Assembly (NCBI GenBank): GCA_030632085.1
Contig: DAOVJY010000002.1
Span: forward strand, 248,319 to 312,318
Origin: Candidatus Omnitrophota bacterium
GTDB taxonomy: Bacteria; Omnitrophota; Gorgyraeia; JAGLLT01
Reading direction: 5' to 3'
DNA length: 64,000 nt
The position numbers and the translations under genes are program-made. Under the pieces are notes generated by a model. The model saw only the letters and a program-made list of their open reading frames with translations. It was not told where the DNA came from and made no database searches. Below are positions 34,634 through 45,817 of this stretch, in pieces (positions within the stretch are counted from its first letter, which is position 1; every line of letters starts with the position of its first letter).

Positions 34634-35333
34634 GGGATACGACAAATTAAGAAAAGTAAAAGTAAAAACTAACTATATTAAATATGCTGAGGGTTCTTGT
34701 TTGATTGAGCAGGGTAATACCAAGATTATTTGTACGGCTTCAATTGAAGAGACTGTTCCGTTTTTTTTAAGAGATTGCGGTTCCGGCTGGGTGACCGCGG
34801 AATATAATATGCTTCCGCGTTCATGCACAAGCAGAGTCAAACGAGAAGGTAGAAGGGGCGGCATTTCGGGGAGGACACAGGAAATCCAAAGGCTTATCGG
34901 GCGAACATTGCGGGGAGTAGTTAACTTAAAGGCCTTGGGCGAGAGAACAATTATTTTAGATGCTGATGTTATTCAGGCGGATGGCGGTACCAGATGCGCG
35001 AGTATTACCGGTAGTTTTATCGCTTTGATTGAAGCTTTAAAATATTTAAAAAAAGAAAAAGCCTTTAATAAGCTGCCCGTTAGTCAGTATGTAGCTGCCG
35101 TGAGTGTGGGAATAGTTAAGGGTAAAAATATGTTAGATTTAGCTTATGAGGAAGATTCAAAAGCTGACGTAGATATGAATGTGGCCATGACTTCCAGCGG
35201 GCAACTAATTGAAGTTCAGGCTACAGCTGAAGGAGCTCCGTTTACAGTAGAGAAAATGAACGCGTTAATTAAATTAGCTCACAAGGGTATAAATGAGCTA
35301 ATTGAGATCCAAAAGGATATTTTAAAAATATAA
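34614..35333 (+). CDS. rph: Ribonuclease PH
   Basis: GRxDGR-type region and IICTAS...; 239 aa. Confidence 0.85.
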   Translation: MSREGLRGYDKLRKVKVKTNYIKYAEGSCLIEQGNTKIICTASIEETVPFFLRDCGSGWVTAEYNMLPRSCTSRVKREGRRGGISGRTQEIQRLIGRTLRGVVNLKALGERTIILDADVIQADGGTRCASITGSFIALIEALKYLKKEKAFNKLPVSQYVAAVSVGIVKGKNMLDLAYEEDSKADVDMNVAMTSSGQLIEVQATAEGAPFTVEKMNALIKLAHKGINELIEIQKDILKI

Positions 35334-35935
35334 TGTCAAAAAAAATTCTTGTTGCTACAAAAAATAAACATAAACTTATAGAAATAACTAAATTGCTTAA
35401 AGGATTAGATATCACTTTTAAATGTCTTGCTGATTATCCTGAAGCGCCCGAAGTTATTGAAGATAAAGAAACTTTTATTGAAAACGCGGCAAAAAAGGCG
35501 ATTGAATATTCAAAGTTTTCAGGACTACCCGCCTTAGCTGATGATTCCGGTTTGGAGGTAGATGTATTAGATGCTGAACCGGGAGTACATTCTGCCAGAT
35601 ATGCCGGGGAAGAGCAGGATGATGATAAGAATATTGCTAAATTATTAGATGCTTTGAGCGATGTGCCACAGGAGAAAAGAACAGCTCGCTTTAAGTGTTT
35701 GGTTGTCTTGGCTCAAGCTGATAATGTTTTGGTTACGGCAGAAGGAACCTGCGAAGGAACAATTACATTTAAACCCGCGGGGGAGTATGGTTTTGGATAT
35801 GATCCCATATTTATTCCAAAAGGATACGATAAAACTTTCGCGGAGCTGGGATCTGAAATAAAAGATACGATCAGCCATCGAGCTATAGCTTTTAATAAAA
35901 TGGCTGAAATTATGACGAAGAAGAGTTTTCTTTAA
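35333..35935 (+). CDS. rdgB: Non-canonical purine NTP pyrophosphatase (RdgB/HAM1)
   Basis: KILVATKNKHK...FGYDPIF motifs. Confidence 0.85.
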   Translation: MSKKILVATKNKHKLIEITKLLKGLDITFKCLADYPEAPEVIEDKETFIENAAKKAIEYSKFSGLPALADDSGLEVDVLDAEPGVHSARYAGEEQDDDKNIAKLLDALSDVPQEKRTARFKCLVVLAQADNVLVTAEGTCEGTITFKPAGEYGFGYDPIFIPKGYDKTFAELGSEIKDTISHRAIAFNKMAEIMTKKSFL

Positions 35936-38427
35936 AGGCCTAAAAGATCCCCTAGACCCTTAAGACCCTTTATTCCTTCCAGGAGAAGTTCATCAGGAGA
36001 AGCCGGTTCCAATTTATGTTGGGCGTTTTTGATTGTGCCGGTTGAGCGTATGCGGGTTATATATCTATTTGTAAAGTTGAATATCATTGAAAGAACTTGC
36101 TGGCTTGTATTTAATTCGTCATATTTTTCTTTTGAGAACTCCGCGTTTGATAAAAAGTTGATGTTGCCTTTGAAGTCCAGCGAGCCTTTGGATTTCAATT
36201 CAAAACCTTCACTGATCAGAGTAATATTTTCACTGCTTATAGTCTGATTTTTAATGATAAAGTCGGCATTAGCTTCTTTGAATGTTACTTTTTCCTCCAT
36301 GGAAATACCTAATAATTTTGCCATGGTATCAAGAACGGGTAATTTCAGGAGATGGCCGTCAACAATCACTATGCCTCCATCACCCGTAACGCCACTCATA
36401 TCTTTATAGGGATTTCTGAGGCGCATTTTTAGATAAGTTGTGCCTTTGATTCCTTTGTCTTTTAGTTTTGTGTCTTGAGTGAGTTTTTGAAGATTTAAGC
36501 CTTTGAGAAGAAGGTTAATATTGTAAGGCGTAGTCTCTTTGGATAGAATCATATCACCCGTCATAGCAAATATCCCGTCATAGGCCGAGAAAGTGAAATT
36601 CTTTAATATTACATTTCCGGCTTGCATGGCGGCATTAATATATAGATCCGTTAAATTAAAATTTTTCAGCTGCAGTTTACCGGCGTTAGCCTTTAAACCC
36701 GCGGTGGCTTCTTTCCATTTAGCAAGTTGTCCCTGAAAATGGAGATTACCCGGAATTTTACCTTTTAGTCCCAGGTTTGAGATATTTTTTGCATCGCCGG
36801 GTATTAATTTATCAAGATGAGCCGCATTTATTATGATATCACCGTAAAGAGTGAAATTGGGGTTTGAAAGATTTTCTATGTCTCCGGTTAATTCAAATGT
36901 ATGTGTGTGATAACTACCTTTTATTTTATTTATATGCGCGTTTGGGTGCACTATAGATATGTTGCCGCTGCCGAAGAAATTTTCTGAAATAATTTTAAAA
37001 TCAAGTATGGGACTTTCAAAATTATTCAAGACAGCATTTAATTTATATGCCTCATCTAAGAAAGTAAAACTAATATTATTTATTTCCGCTTTATCTTTGG
37101 AGAGGAATATTTTTCCGCTGGCAGATGAAATGCTAAACTTTGAATCATCTCCCTGAACCGATACATCAGATAAAGATATATCTCCGGTTATATCCAGGGA
37201 AATCATTTGCCTGAGACTGCCGTTTATATTAAGGGAAGCATAAGTTTTACCGGCCAGCTTTAGGTTTTTAAACTGTTCTCTGCTGGTTTTAGGTAGCAGC
37301 TCAATCGCTTTCTCGAGCCGCAAATCACTTTTTACAGCTAGTTTCAAATATAAATCTTTTAGATTTACCACGCCTTTTAATACGGTGGGGCATCCCAGCA
37401 AATTTCCGTTTATTTCTTCCAGGGTAATCTTTTTGGTATCAAATTTAGCTTTACCGGTCATATTTGAAAAAGAGTGAACATAGGGCAGGCCTTCAATTGA
37501 GAGATCTTTTGGCTTTATGTGTCCGGAAAGATTTAAGAGTTTCCTTTTATCTAAATCATAAGCTATATTAACGGAGACATCGGTATCTCCTTTGATTTGA
37601 TAGGTAATATTATCTAAAGTTAAATCATCTAGGCCGGCAGTAATATCTATATCTAAAAGTTTCTCACTCCCTAAAGAGACATTAATATTAGATGTTGCTG
37701 TACCTTCTAAGGACTTGTAGTCAACCGGCAGGCCGGCAGCAAGGTTTATTTCATGTAGGGAGAGGCTGTTTGTGTTGCCCGATAAGGATAATTTTTTGGT
37801 TTTAATGTTGTATGTTCCTTTTAAGAAACAGTTTGATTTTTTATCCGCTAGAGAGAAAGAGAGCTTGTATCTAATTGAAGCAGGAAGTAAATATCCGTAA
37901 TTGAAATTTATTTTATTAATTTTTTTAAAATATTTTTCTTCACGGCTGTAATCGGAATATGAGAGGGAGCCGTTATTAATGCTAGCGTTGGTTATTATAA
38001 ATGAATTCTTTTTAGAAGCCGGTTTATTTGAAGGCTTTAGCAGATCGCTGATATTGAAAGTTCTTTGAGGTGACTTATTGATGAGTATCCGAGGGTTATT
38101 AATATTTAAATTGGTGATTATTAACTTGCGCTTGATTATAAAAGGCAAGATAAGAACATTGAAGCTTACCTTATTGGAGCTTAGTAACGGTGTATTATCT
38201 TCTAAATCCTTTGAGGCTATCTGAATATCCTTTAGTACAATACCATCCTTAAGTGAATATAGGAGTTTGTTAATAGTAACTTCTCTCTTAAGAGATTCTG
38301 TTAACTTATTTGTAATTAAACCTTTCGCCTTATAGGGGAGAAGATAATTATTAAGCAGGAAGTAACTCCCGATAAATATAAGAAGGAAAAAAATAAATAT
38401 TTTTATTATTTTATTCATAAGTAACAT
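35932..38427 (-). CDS. AsmA/TamB-like large outer-membrane-biogenesis protein (831 aa)
   Basis: N-terminal TM, then long repetitive beta-rich sequence. The only credible minus-strand gene in the window. Confidence 0.55.
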   Translation of the reverse strand: MLLMNKIIKIFIFFLLIFIGSYFLLNNYLLPYKAKGLITNKLTESLKREVTINKLLYSLKDGIVLKDIQIASKDLEDNTPLLSSNKVSFNVLILPFIIKRKLIITNLNINNPRILINKSPQRTFNISDLLKPSNKPASKKNSFIITNASINNGSLSYSDYSREEKYFKKINKINFNYGYLLPASIRYKLSFSLADKKSNCFLKGTYNIKTKKLSLSGNTNSLSLHEINLAAGLPVDYKSLEGTATSNINVSLGSEKLLDIDITAGLDDLTLDNITYQIKGDTDVSVNIAYDLDKRKLLNLSGHIKPKDLSIEGLPYVHSFSNMTGKAKFDTKKITLEEINGNLLGCPTVLKGVVNLKDLYLKLAVKSDLRLEKAIELLPKTSREQFKNLKLAGKTYASLNINGSLRQMISLDITGDISLSDVSVQGDDSKFSISSASGKIFLSKDKAEINNISFTFLDEAYKLNAVLNNFESPILDFKIISENFFGSGNISIVHPNAHINKIKGSYHTHTFELTGDIENLSNPNFTLYGDIIINAAHLDKLIPGDAKNISNLGLKGKIPGNLHFQGQLAKWKEATAGLKANAGKLQLKNFNLTDLYINAAMQAGNVILKNFTFSAYDGIFAMTGDMILSKETTPYNINLLLKGLNLQKLTQDTKLKDKGIKGTTYLKMRLRNPYKDMSGVTGDGGIVIVDGHLLKLPVLDTMAKLLGISMEEKVTFKEANADFIIKNQTISSENITLISEGFELKSKGSLDFKGNINFLSNAEFSKEKYDELNTSQQVLSMIFNFTNRYITRIRSTGTIKNAQHKLEPASPDELLLEGIKGLKGLGDLLGL

Positions 38428-38563
38428 CTTCTTGTTTAACCATAATTTTACCTGTTATTAGCTGGCGGTGCAAGTTTCTTTTTAAGTTATTATTTTAGAT
38501 AAAACCGGTTAAAAAATAAAATTACTTGATACCGATGATAAAAAGAACTCTTTTATAGATTGC

Positions 38564-38593
38564 TTGACATGTAAGAGGCTATTCTGATAATAT
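38564..38593 (+). promoter_or_regulatory. sigma70-like promoter (TTGACA, 17 bp, ATAATA) upstream of the DUF481 gene
   Basis: Consensus hexamers and spacing. Confidence 0.45.
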
Positions 38594-38645
38594 TAAAAAA
38601 AGAAGACCCTGTTCGTAAATGTATTTATACACAATGGAAGGCGAA

Positions 38646-39587
38646 ATGAAAAAAAGTATAATATTCCTTATTTGTCCTAAGTTGATTATGATTATTTTAT
38701 TAGTATCCTTTTTTAGCGCGGGATATTCTTTTGCTGATACAATACATCTGAAAAATGGTGATGTATTAAGTGGAACTATAAAAAAAGAAACTAATAACTA
38801 TTATCTGTTAAACACAGCAGCCATGTCTCAGGTTAAGATTATAAAAGAGTATGTAGATACAGTGAGTTATGAGAAAGATAGTATAAAAGAAAGAAATAAA
38901 AAAGAGGAAGCATCTAGTGTTGATAAATCAGAGAAGCTATGGTCGAGAACTATTTCTCTTGGTTATAATGAATCGCGTGGTAATACCGAAAAATCAAAGT
39001 TAACCGGGAAATTACTTGCCAATAGGAAGACAGGCAGGAATGAGCTTATCTTTAAAGTGGAAGGCGTATATGCCTCATCAAAAGATCGGATGGATACTCA
39101 AGAATATAACGGATATGTTCGTTATGCCTATAGTTTTGGGAAAGACTTGAGATGGTATAATTTTTATAAATTATATGGCGAGCATAATAAATTCTCAGAT
39201 GTTGATTATCGCCTGATACCTTCGGCGGGTTATGGATATTGGTTTTTTACTAAGGATGAGTTTAAGTTACTGGCTGAAGGTGGCCTTGGATATGAAATGA
39301 CTAAATATTATAAAACCGGTGATAAGGGTGATGTAACCTCAGTTTTCAGAGGGTTTGTGTCCAAGAAGATATTTAGTGGTGCTACTATTTCACAAGATTT
39401 TTATGTATATCCTTCACTGGGAGAATTAGGGGAGTATATGGTCTATTCTGAGACTTCATTGAATAGTCCTATAACTGATAAGCTCTCATTAGTTATAAGT
39501 CTGATTGATGAATATGACTCGAACGCTCCTTCAACGGTCAAAAAAAATGATCTACAGTTAACTACATCTTTGGCCTATAAATTTTAA
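38646..39587 (+). CDS. Outer-membrane beta-barrel protein (DUF481/YdiY-like)
   Basis: Signal peptide; alternating beta-strand pattern; C-terminal aromatic (..LAYKF). Confidence 0.55.
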   Translation: MKKSIIFLICPKLIMIILLVSFFSAGYSFADTIHLKNGDVLSGTIKKETNNYYLLNTAAMSQVKIIKEYVDTVSYEKDSIKERNKKEEASSVDKSEKLWSRTISLGYNESRGNTEKSKLTGKLLANRKTGRNELIFKVEGVYASSKDRMDTQEYNGYVRYAYSFGKDLRWYNFYKLYGEHNKFSDVDYRLIPSAGYGYWFFTKDEFKLLAEGGLGYEMTKYYKTGDKGDVTSVFRGFVSKKIFSGATISQDFYVYPSLGELGEYMVYSETSLNSPITDKLSLVISLIDEYDSNAPSTVKKNDLQLTTSLAYKF

Positions 39588-39661
39588 TCCATATTTTGGT
39601 TCAATTTGTGTTGACTTTTATGTACCCGATTGTTATAATTGTTTGCTATATTTCGGGTTAT

Positions 39662-39739
<78 letters not shown>

Positions 39740-39769
39740 AATTAGCTAATGGCATATGGCTAAGGGCAA

Positions 39770-40135
39770 ATGGTTAAGAAAGTAATGTTTAGATTTGAAA
39801 GTTTGGATATATGGAAACTGGCAATTGAATATGCTGATGGTTTATATGAATTAGCAAAAGGATTGCCAAAAGATGAGAGGTTCAATTTAGTTGATCAGCT
39901 GAAGAGAGCCGCTCTATCAATATCAAATAATATTGCTGAAGGGTCAGGTACTGCAACTAAGAAGAATTTTAGTTCCTTTTTGGATATAAGTTTAGCATCA
40001 GCTTTTGAAACAGTTAACCTTCTATATTTTGCAACTAAGAGAGGTTACATTGCAGAAAAAGAAAGGTTAAAATTTTATAAGAAAGCAGAGTTACTCGTTA
40101 AAAAAATTTGTTCTTTTAAAAAGGCTTTAAATTAG
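39770..40135 (+). CDS. Four-helix-bundle protein (TIGR02436; 23S rRNA intervening-sequence protein family)
   Basis: LAKGLPKDERFNLVDQLKRAALSISNNIAEG matches the family. Confidence 0.75.
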   Translation: MVKKVMFRFESLDIWKLAIEYADGLYELAKGLPKDERFNLVDQLKRAALSISNNIAEGSGTATKKNFSSFLDISLASAFETVNLLYFATKRGYIAEKERLKFYKKAELLVKKICSFKKALN

Positions 40136-40172
40136 TCAGTAATTATAAGCCATATGCTATAAGTTATATGCT

Positions 40173-40254
<82 letters not shown>

Positions 40255-40353
40255 AATTAGCAAATAGCAAATAGCTTATGGCGAATGGCAAATTTTAGCT
40301 ATTAGCTATAAAGTGAGCCGAAGGTGAACAAGCTATAGGCGATAAGCTAAAGT

Positions 40354-40431
40354 GGTGGGTGTAGCTCAGTTGGTTAGAGCGCTGGACTGTGGCTCCGGAG
40401 GCCGGGGGTTCAAATCCCCTCACTCACCCCA
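40354..40431 (+). tRNA. tRNA-His (anticodon GTG) with encoded G-1
   Basis: Loop CTGTGGC; extra 5' G pairs with discriminator C73, which is diagnostic of tRNA-His. Confidence 0.75.
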
Positions 40432-40503
40432 TTTAAGAAGTAAATTTAGTTGTATTAATTGTTGGATTTTATAGAATTCATTTGAAGTAAGAAGTTCATT
40501 AAT

Positions 40504-40580
40504 GCGCCCGTGGCTCAATTGGATAGAGCGGTGGACTTCGAATCCGACGGTTGCAGGTTCGAGTCCTGCCGGGCGCGCCA
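40504..40580 (+). tRNA. tRNA-Arg (anticodon TCG by my reading); first anticodon-stem pair is a G-A mismatch
   Basis: Loop CTTCGAA; same acceptor stem as the Arg(TCT) gene. Confidence 0.55.
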
Positions 40581-40721
40581 TATTTTAGCGTATAGCGTGT
40601 AGAGAATGCGTTGATTTTTAAGAGAGTTATTGGAATATTTGTTTTTTGATGCAAAAATATTTGACCTTTCCAATCGGGTATTGTATAATGAGTGCTTCTA
40701 TAATTAGATTCTTGATAATTT

Positions 40722-40797
40722 GCCCGTATAGCTCAATTGGCAGAGCAGGGGCCTCTTAAGCCCAAGGTTCAAGGTTCAATTCCTTGTGCGGGTACCA
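40722..40797 (+). tRNA. tRNA-Lys (anticodon CTT)
   Basis: Loop CTCTTAA; acceptor stem with two G-U pairs. Confidence 0.65.
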
Positions 40798-40872
40798 ATT
40801 TGGCTAATGGCATATGGCTGATAGCGAATGGCACAAACAATTTGCGATTTGCAATAGGCAATTTGCTAGTTT

Positions 40873-40959
40873 GCGGACGTGGCGGAACTGGCAGACGCGC
40901 AGGATTTAGGATCCTGTCCTAGTGATAGGGTGAGAGTTCGACCCTCTCCGTCCGCACCA
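40873..40959 (+). tRNA. tRNA-Leu (anticodon TAG), long variable arm
   Basis: 87 nt; loop TTTAGGA; class II variable arm. Confidence 0.8.
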
Positions 40960-41009
40960 ATATAGCTAATGGCGTATGGCAAATGGCTAATGGCCAATAG
41001 TTTATAGAT

Positions 41010-41100
41010 AGAAATTATATCGTAGAAGAAAGACTAAAATTTTATGCACAAGCAGAATTACTTATTAAGAAAATTCATTCTTTTAAGAAAAATCTTTGAT
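41010..41100 (+). pseudogene. Remnant (last about 28 codons) of a second four-helix-bundle protein gene
   Basis: ..EERLKFYAQAELLIKKIHSFKKNL* parallels the C-terminus of the 39770-40135 product. The flanking spacer repeats are duplicated too. Confidence 0.5.
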
Positions 41101-41139
41101 TTAACTATATGCTATATGCTATATGCTATTTGCTATTCA

Positions 41140-41214
<75 letters not shown>

Positions 41215-41484
41215 AATGAGTACTAAACTTACAGAGCGAAGCGAAGGTAAGTTTATTGTACGAATTTGGCACTGAGGCTCAGAGTGAGTCGAAGTGCCTT
41301 AATATATATTAAGATCCTTCGCTTATGCTCAGGATTTAATTCGCATATACCATTTAGCTTCACTATCGTTTGCTAAACGGTAAGCTCATTTAAATTTGGC
41401 ACTGAATGTTATATATTTTGGTAACATGAAGTGCCTTGAAAGTTTTTTTATTAAATAATATAAATTCAGGAAGGAGTAGTGTTT

Positions 41485-42764
41485 TGAAAGTAAGTGTTTC
41501 AGAAGTAAATCCCTGTAAAAAAGTTTTAAAAATTCATATTCCCAGCGACGTAGTTCAGCAAGAGCTGGATATTGTCTATAAAGAAATAGCTAAAGTAGCT
41601 GAGGTTCCGGGATATAGAAAGGGTAAGGCCCCTAGAAGCATTATTGAACAGCGCCATTCCAAGGAAGCTAAAGATGAGGTGTTAAACAGGTTAATTCCGC
41701 AAACATACACTCAGGCGATAAAAGACTATAATATTAACCCTGTGGCTCATCCTGAAGTAAGTCAGGTAAAGCTTGTTGACGGAGAACCGCTCTATTATGA
41801 AGCGGCAGTTGACGTTAAGCCGGCCGTAAAACTAAAAAAGTATAAAGGCCTTAATGTTAATAAAAGAAAATTAAACGTTGAAGACTCTGAAGTAGAAAAT
41901 ACGCTGAATATGGCCAGAGAGAGATTTGCCGATTATAAAACAATTGATGGCCGTGCGGCGAAAGATGGCGATTTTGTAGTAGCAGATTATGAATTTACTA
42001 TTGATGGTAAGACAGAAAAAAGAGATAATGCTTGGTTTTCGCTAGGAGATAACCCTAATGAAATTAAAGAAATTACAGCTAAATTAAAAGGTGTTAAACC
42101 TAATGATGAAATTGAAGTAACAGCTAAATTACCCGAAAATTATCCTAAGAAGGAACTGGTGGGTAAAGAAGCTAATTTTAAGTTGAAGGTTAAGGAAATT
42201 AAAGAAAAAAGCCTCCCGAAGTTGGATGATGAATTTGTAAAGGGCTTGGGGGATTATAAAACGGTTGCCGATTTTAAAGATGCTCTTAGGGCGGATATAA
42301 CGGCAAGGAAAGAAAGAGAAATTAAACTTGAGGGGGAGAAGCAGTTAGCGGAGCAGCTTATTAAGCTTAATCCGATGACTGTGCCTGAAAGCATGATTAA
42401 AGAGCAGGCGGCTCAGATTGTAAAAGACCTTAAAATGCGCCTTGCTTATCAAGGATTGCCCCAGGAAGAAATTGATAAACAGGAAGAGTTACTTACTAAT
42501 AATGCTCTTAAGGATGCCGAAGAGCAGGTTAAAATTTACTTTTTGACCGAGGCAATTGCCAAGGCTGAGAATATAACTTGTTCTGATGATGAATTGGAGC
42601 AGCGTTTAGAACTATTGGCGAAGCAGAACAAAACTAATATTGAAAAGATTAAAGAACACTTTCAGAAAAATAACTCTATTGACAGTTTGAAAGAGCAGAT
42701 AGAGAGAGAAAAAGTAATTGATTATTTGATTTCAGAAGCGAAAGTGAAAGAAGTTTCAAAATAA
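41485..42764 (+). CDS. tig: Trigger factor. TTG start after a GGAAGGAG RBS, so the ORF-track ATG at 41436 is probably too far upstream.
   Basis: [10 protein letters not shown] motif; PPIase domain; about 426 aa. Confidence 0.85.
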
Positions 42765-42774
42765 GGAGAAGGAT

Positions 42775-43383
42775 ATGACAAGATTATCTGAAAAGGCCCA
42801 GCACTTAGTTCCTATGGTGGTTGAGCAGTCTGCTAGAGGAGAAAGGGCATATGACATATTTTCACGTCTTCTTAAGGATAGGATTATTTTTGTTGGCACG
42901 GTGATAGATGAAGATATATCGAATTTAATTATCGCCCAACTGCTTTTTTTGCAGATGGAAGACCCAAAGAAAGAAATAAGCATATATATTAATTCACCCG
43001 GTGGAAGTGTTACCGCGGGTCTTGCTATTTATGATACGATGCAATTTGTTAAATGTGATGTAGCTACTTATTGTATCGGCCAGGCGGCCAGTATGAGCGC
43101 GTTATTAATAGCTGCCGGTAAAAAAGGTAAAAGGTATATTTTGCCGCATGCCAGAGTTATGATTCACCAGCCGTGGGGCGGTGTTAGCGGAGCCGCTACT
43201 GATATCAGCATCCAGGCGAAAGAAATATTACGTTTAAAAGAAAAATTAAATGAAATTTTAGCTAAACACACAGGCCAGACATTAGAGAGAATTGAGCAAG
43301 ACGCTGATAGAGATTTTTTTATGTCAGCTGAAGAGGCTAAAAAATATGGCTTGGTAGATGAGGTTATTAAAAGTCAAAAATGA
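42775..43383 (+). CDS. clpP: ATP-dependent Clp protease proteolytic subunit
   Basis: Ser-His-Asp triad context (GQAASMSA..., HQP). Confidence 0.9.
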   Translation: MTRLSEKAQHLVPMVVEQSARGERAYDIFSRLLKDRIIFVGTVIDEDISNLIIAQLLFLQMEDPKKEISIYINSPGGSVTAGLAIYDTMQFVKCDVATYCIGQAASMSALLIAAGKKGKRYILPHARVMIHQPWGGVSGAATDISIQAKEILRLKEKLNEILAKHTGQTLERIEQDADRDFFMSAEEAKKYGLVDEVIKSQK

Positions 43384-45779
43384 TGAGCGAAAAAATTCCA
43401 TTATTACCTATTAGAGATTTAGTTATTTTTCCGTATATGGTTATGTCCCTTTTGGTGGGCAGAGAAAAATCCATAAATGCTTTAGAAAAATCCCTCGAAA
43501 TCAATAAGGTTCTTTTTCTTTGCACTCAGAAAAATTATCTTGTGGAGAATCCCAAAGAAAGCGATTTGTATAGCGTTGGTGTTTTAGCCGAAGTGCTGCA
43601 AGCCCTTAAATTACCGGACGGTTCATATAAAGTTGTTGTTGGAGCAAAGAAGAGAGCTAAAATTAGAAAAGTTATTTCTATGACTGATTATGACCGCGTG
43701 GAACTTCAGGCTTTAAATGAGAAGCTGAAAATTACTTTGGAGGTTCAGGCGCTGATGCGCACCGTAGTTAAGCAATTTGAAAATTACGCGAAATTGAATC
43801 CAAAAATAAGTGGAGAAACGATTGTTTCGATAAATTCAATGAATTCTCCTTCTGAACTTGCCGATGCTGTAGCCGCCCAGCTGAATATTAAAATACCTGA
43901 GAAGCAGCGGCTTTTAGAGGAAATAGATTCCGTCAAAAGACTCAAGCGTTTAAGCGGTATGCTGAATTCAGAAATTGAAATTTTAAGAGTTGAGCAGAAG
44001 ATATTGGGAAATGTTAAAAAGCAACTGGATAAGTCTCAAAAGGATTATTATCTGCAGGAACAGTTAAAGGCCATAGAGAAAGAGCTTGGTTATAAGCGAG
44101 AAGAGAAGAAAGAAGTTGAAAATCTAGCCAAACAAATAAAAAAAGCAAAAATGAGCAAAGAAGCCAAGGAAGTTGCCTTGCGCGAAGTAAAAAAGCTGGA
44201 TCGCATGAATCCGATTTCTCCGGAGAGCGCGGTTATTAGAAATTACGTCGATTGGCTCTTAAGATTACCTTGGCAGTCTAGAACAAAAGACAGGCTTGAT
44301 ATAACGGCCGCGGATGAGGTGTTGAATGCCGATCATTATGGATTGGATAAAGCGAAAGAACGCATCTTAGAATATTTAGCTGTCAAAAAACACACTAAAG
44401 GTATTAAAAGCCAAATCCTTTGTTTTGTGGGGCCGCCAGGTGTAGGTAAAACATCATTAGCGAAATCTATCGCCAGAGCGTTGAATAGGAATTTTGTAAG
44501 GGTATCTTTGGGCGGCGTCAGGGATGAGGCTGAGATAAAAGGCCATAGAAGAACCTATATTGGCGCATTACCCGGAAGAATTATACAATCTTTAGTTAAA
44601 GGAAAGTCTAAAAATCCCGTATTTCTTTTGGATGAAATCGATAAGATGTCAGCTGACTTTAGAGGTGATCCGTCAAGTGCGATGTTGGAGGTTTTGGACC
44701 CCGAGGAGAATCATACTTTTTCAGATCATTACTTAGAAGTTGATTTTGATCTTTCTGAAGTGATGTTTATCACTACCAGTAATATTCAGGATAATATACC
44801 GCATCCGTTAATGGATCGGATGGAGATTATTAAATTACCCGGTTATACTAATTATGAGAAATTAAAAATAGCTAAAGAATTCATTGTGCCTAAACAGTTG
44901 AAGTGTCATGGGCTTTCTCAGAATTTTTTTAATATCTCTGATAATGCTCTTAGATTAATAATTAAGCAATATACACTTGAGGCGGGAGTTAGGAATTTGG
45001 AGAGAGAAATAGCTCATATCTGCCGCAAGGTTGTGAGGGATATTGTAGAAAACAATAAAAAGAAAGTTAAGTTTTCTATTGATTCTTCAAATGTCCATAA
45101 ATATTTAGGGCCGCCTAAGTTTTCTGAAAACAGAAAAGAAAAACACGATGAAGTTGGAGTTGCCTTTGGGTTGGCGTGGACTCAGGCCGGTGGTGATGTG
45201 ATGCCGGTTGAAACGGTTGTCTTGAGGGGGACCGGCAAGCTAACCCTTACCGGTCAGTTGGGAGAGGTGATGCAGGAGTCCGCTAAAGCGGCTATGGCTT
45301 TTATTAGGTCGGTTTCTGATGAGCTGAAGATAAATCCAAGTTTTTATAAAAATAAAGACATTCATATTCATGTGCCCGAAGGAGCGATACCGAAAGATGG
45401 ACCCTCGGCCGGAATTACTATTGCAACGGCAATTGTCTCAGCCTTAACTAAAAGGCCTGTTAATAAAAATGTGGCAATGACGGGTGAGATTACTTTAAGA
45501 GGTAAAGTTTTGCCTATCGGAGGCCTTAAGTCGAAAATCCTGGCGGCTCATAGAATAGGATTTAAAACAATCATTTTACCTAAAGAAAATAAAAAAGATT
45601 TAGTTGAAATACCTAATGATGTGTTAAAAAAACTTAATATAAAATTGGTAGAAAATGTCGGGCAGGTTTTTCAAATTGCTCTTGTAAGTAAAAGAAATAG
45701 TAAAACAGCGGGAAAATTAAAAGGCAAGAGTAATTTATGGCCGGATACCTACAGTCAAAAACAGATTATGTCAGTTTAA
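43380..45779 (+). CDS. lon: Lon protease
   Basis: LON N-domain; Walker [10 protein letters not shown]; catalytic [10 protein letters not shown]...K dyad. Confidence 0.9.
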   Translation: MMSEKIPLLPIRDLVIFPYMVMSLLVGREKSINALEKSLEINKVLFLCTQKNYLVENPKESDLYSVGVLAEVLQALKLPDGSYKVVVGAKKRAKIRKVISMTDYDRVELQALNEKLKITLEVQALMRTVVKQFENYAKLNPKISGETIVSINSMNSPSELADAVAAQLNIKIPEKQRLLEEIDSVKRLKRLSGMLNSEIEILRVEQKILGNVKKQLDKSQKDYYLQEQLKAIEKELGYKREEKKEVENLAKQIKKAKMSKEAKEVALREVKKLDRMNPISPESAVIRNYVDWLLRLPWQSRTKDRLDITAADEVLNADHYGLDKAKERILEYLAVKKHTKGIKSQILCFVGPPGVGKTSLAKSIARALNRNFVRVSLGGVRDEAEIKGHRRTYIGALPGRIIQSLVKGKSKNPVFLLDEIDKMSADFRGDPSSAMLEVLDPEENHTFSDHYLEVDFDLSEVMFITTSNIQDNIPHPLMDRMEIIKLPGYTNYEKLKIAKEFIVPKQLKCHGLSQNFFNISDNALRLIIKQYTLEAGVRNLEREIAHICRKVVRDIVENNKKKVKFSIDSSNVHKYLGPPKFSENRKEKHDEVGVAFGLAWTQAGGDVMPVETVVLRGTGKLTLTGQLGEVMQESAKAAMAFIRSVSDELKINPSFYKNKDIHIHVPEGAIPKDGPSAGITIATAIVSALTKRPVNKNVAMTGEITLRGKVLPIGGLKSKILAAHRIGFKTIILPKENKKDLVEIPNDVLKKLNIKLVENVGQVFQIALVSKRNSKTAGKLKGKSNLWPDTYSQKQIMSV

Positions 45780-45817
45780 TTTTTTCTATCTTAGACACAA
45801 AAGAAGGAGAATAACAA

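Noticed and set aside
35661-35861. 66-aa plus-strand ORF and the 35645-35878 minus-strand ORF
   Set aside because: Both are nested within the well-supported rdgB coding sequence.
40737-40922. 61-aa ORF
   Set aside because: It lies across the tRNA-Lys and tRNA-Leu genes and is an artefact of stop-poor, GC-rich tRNA sequence.
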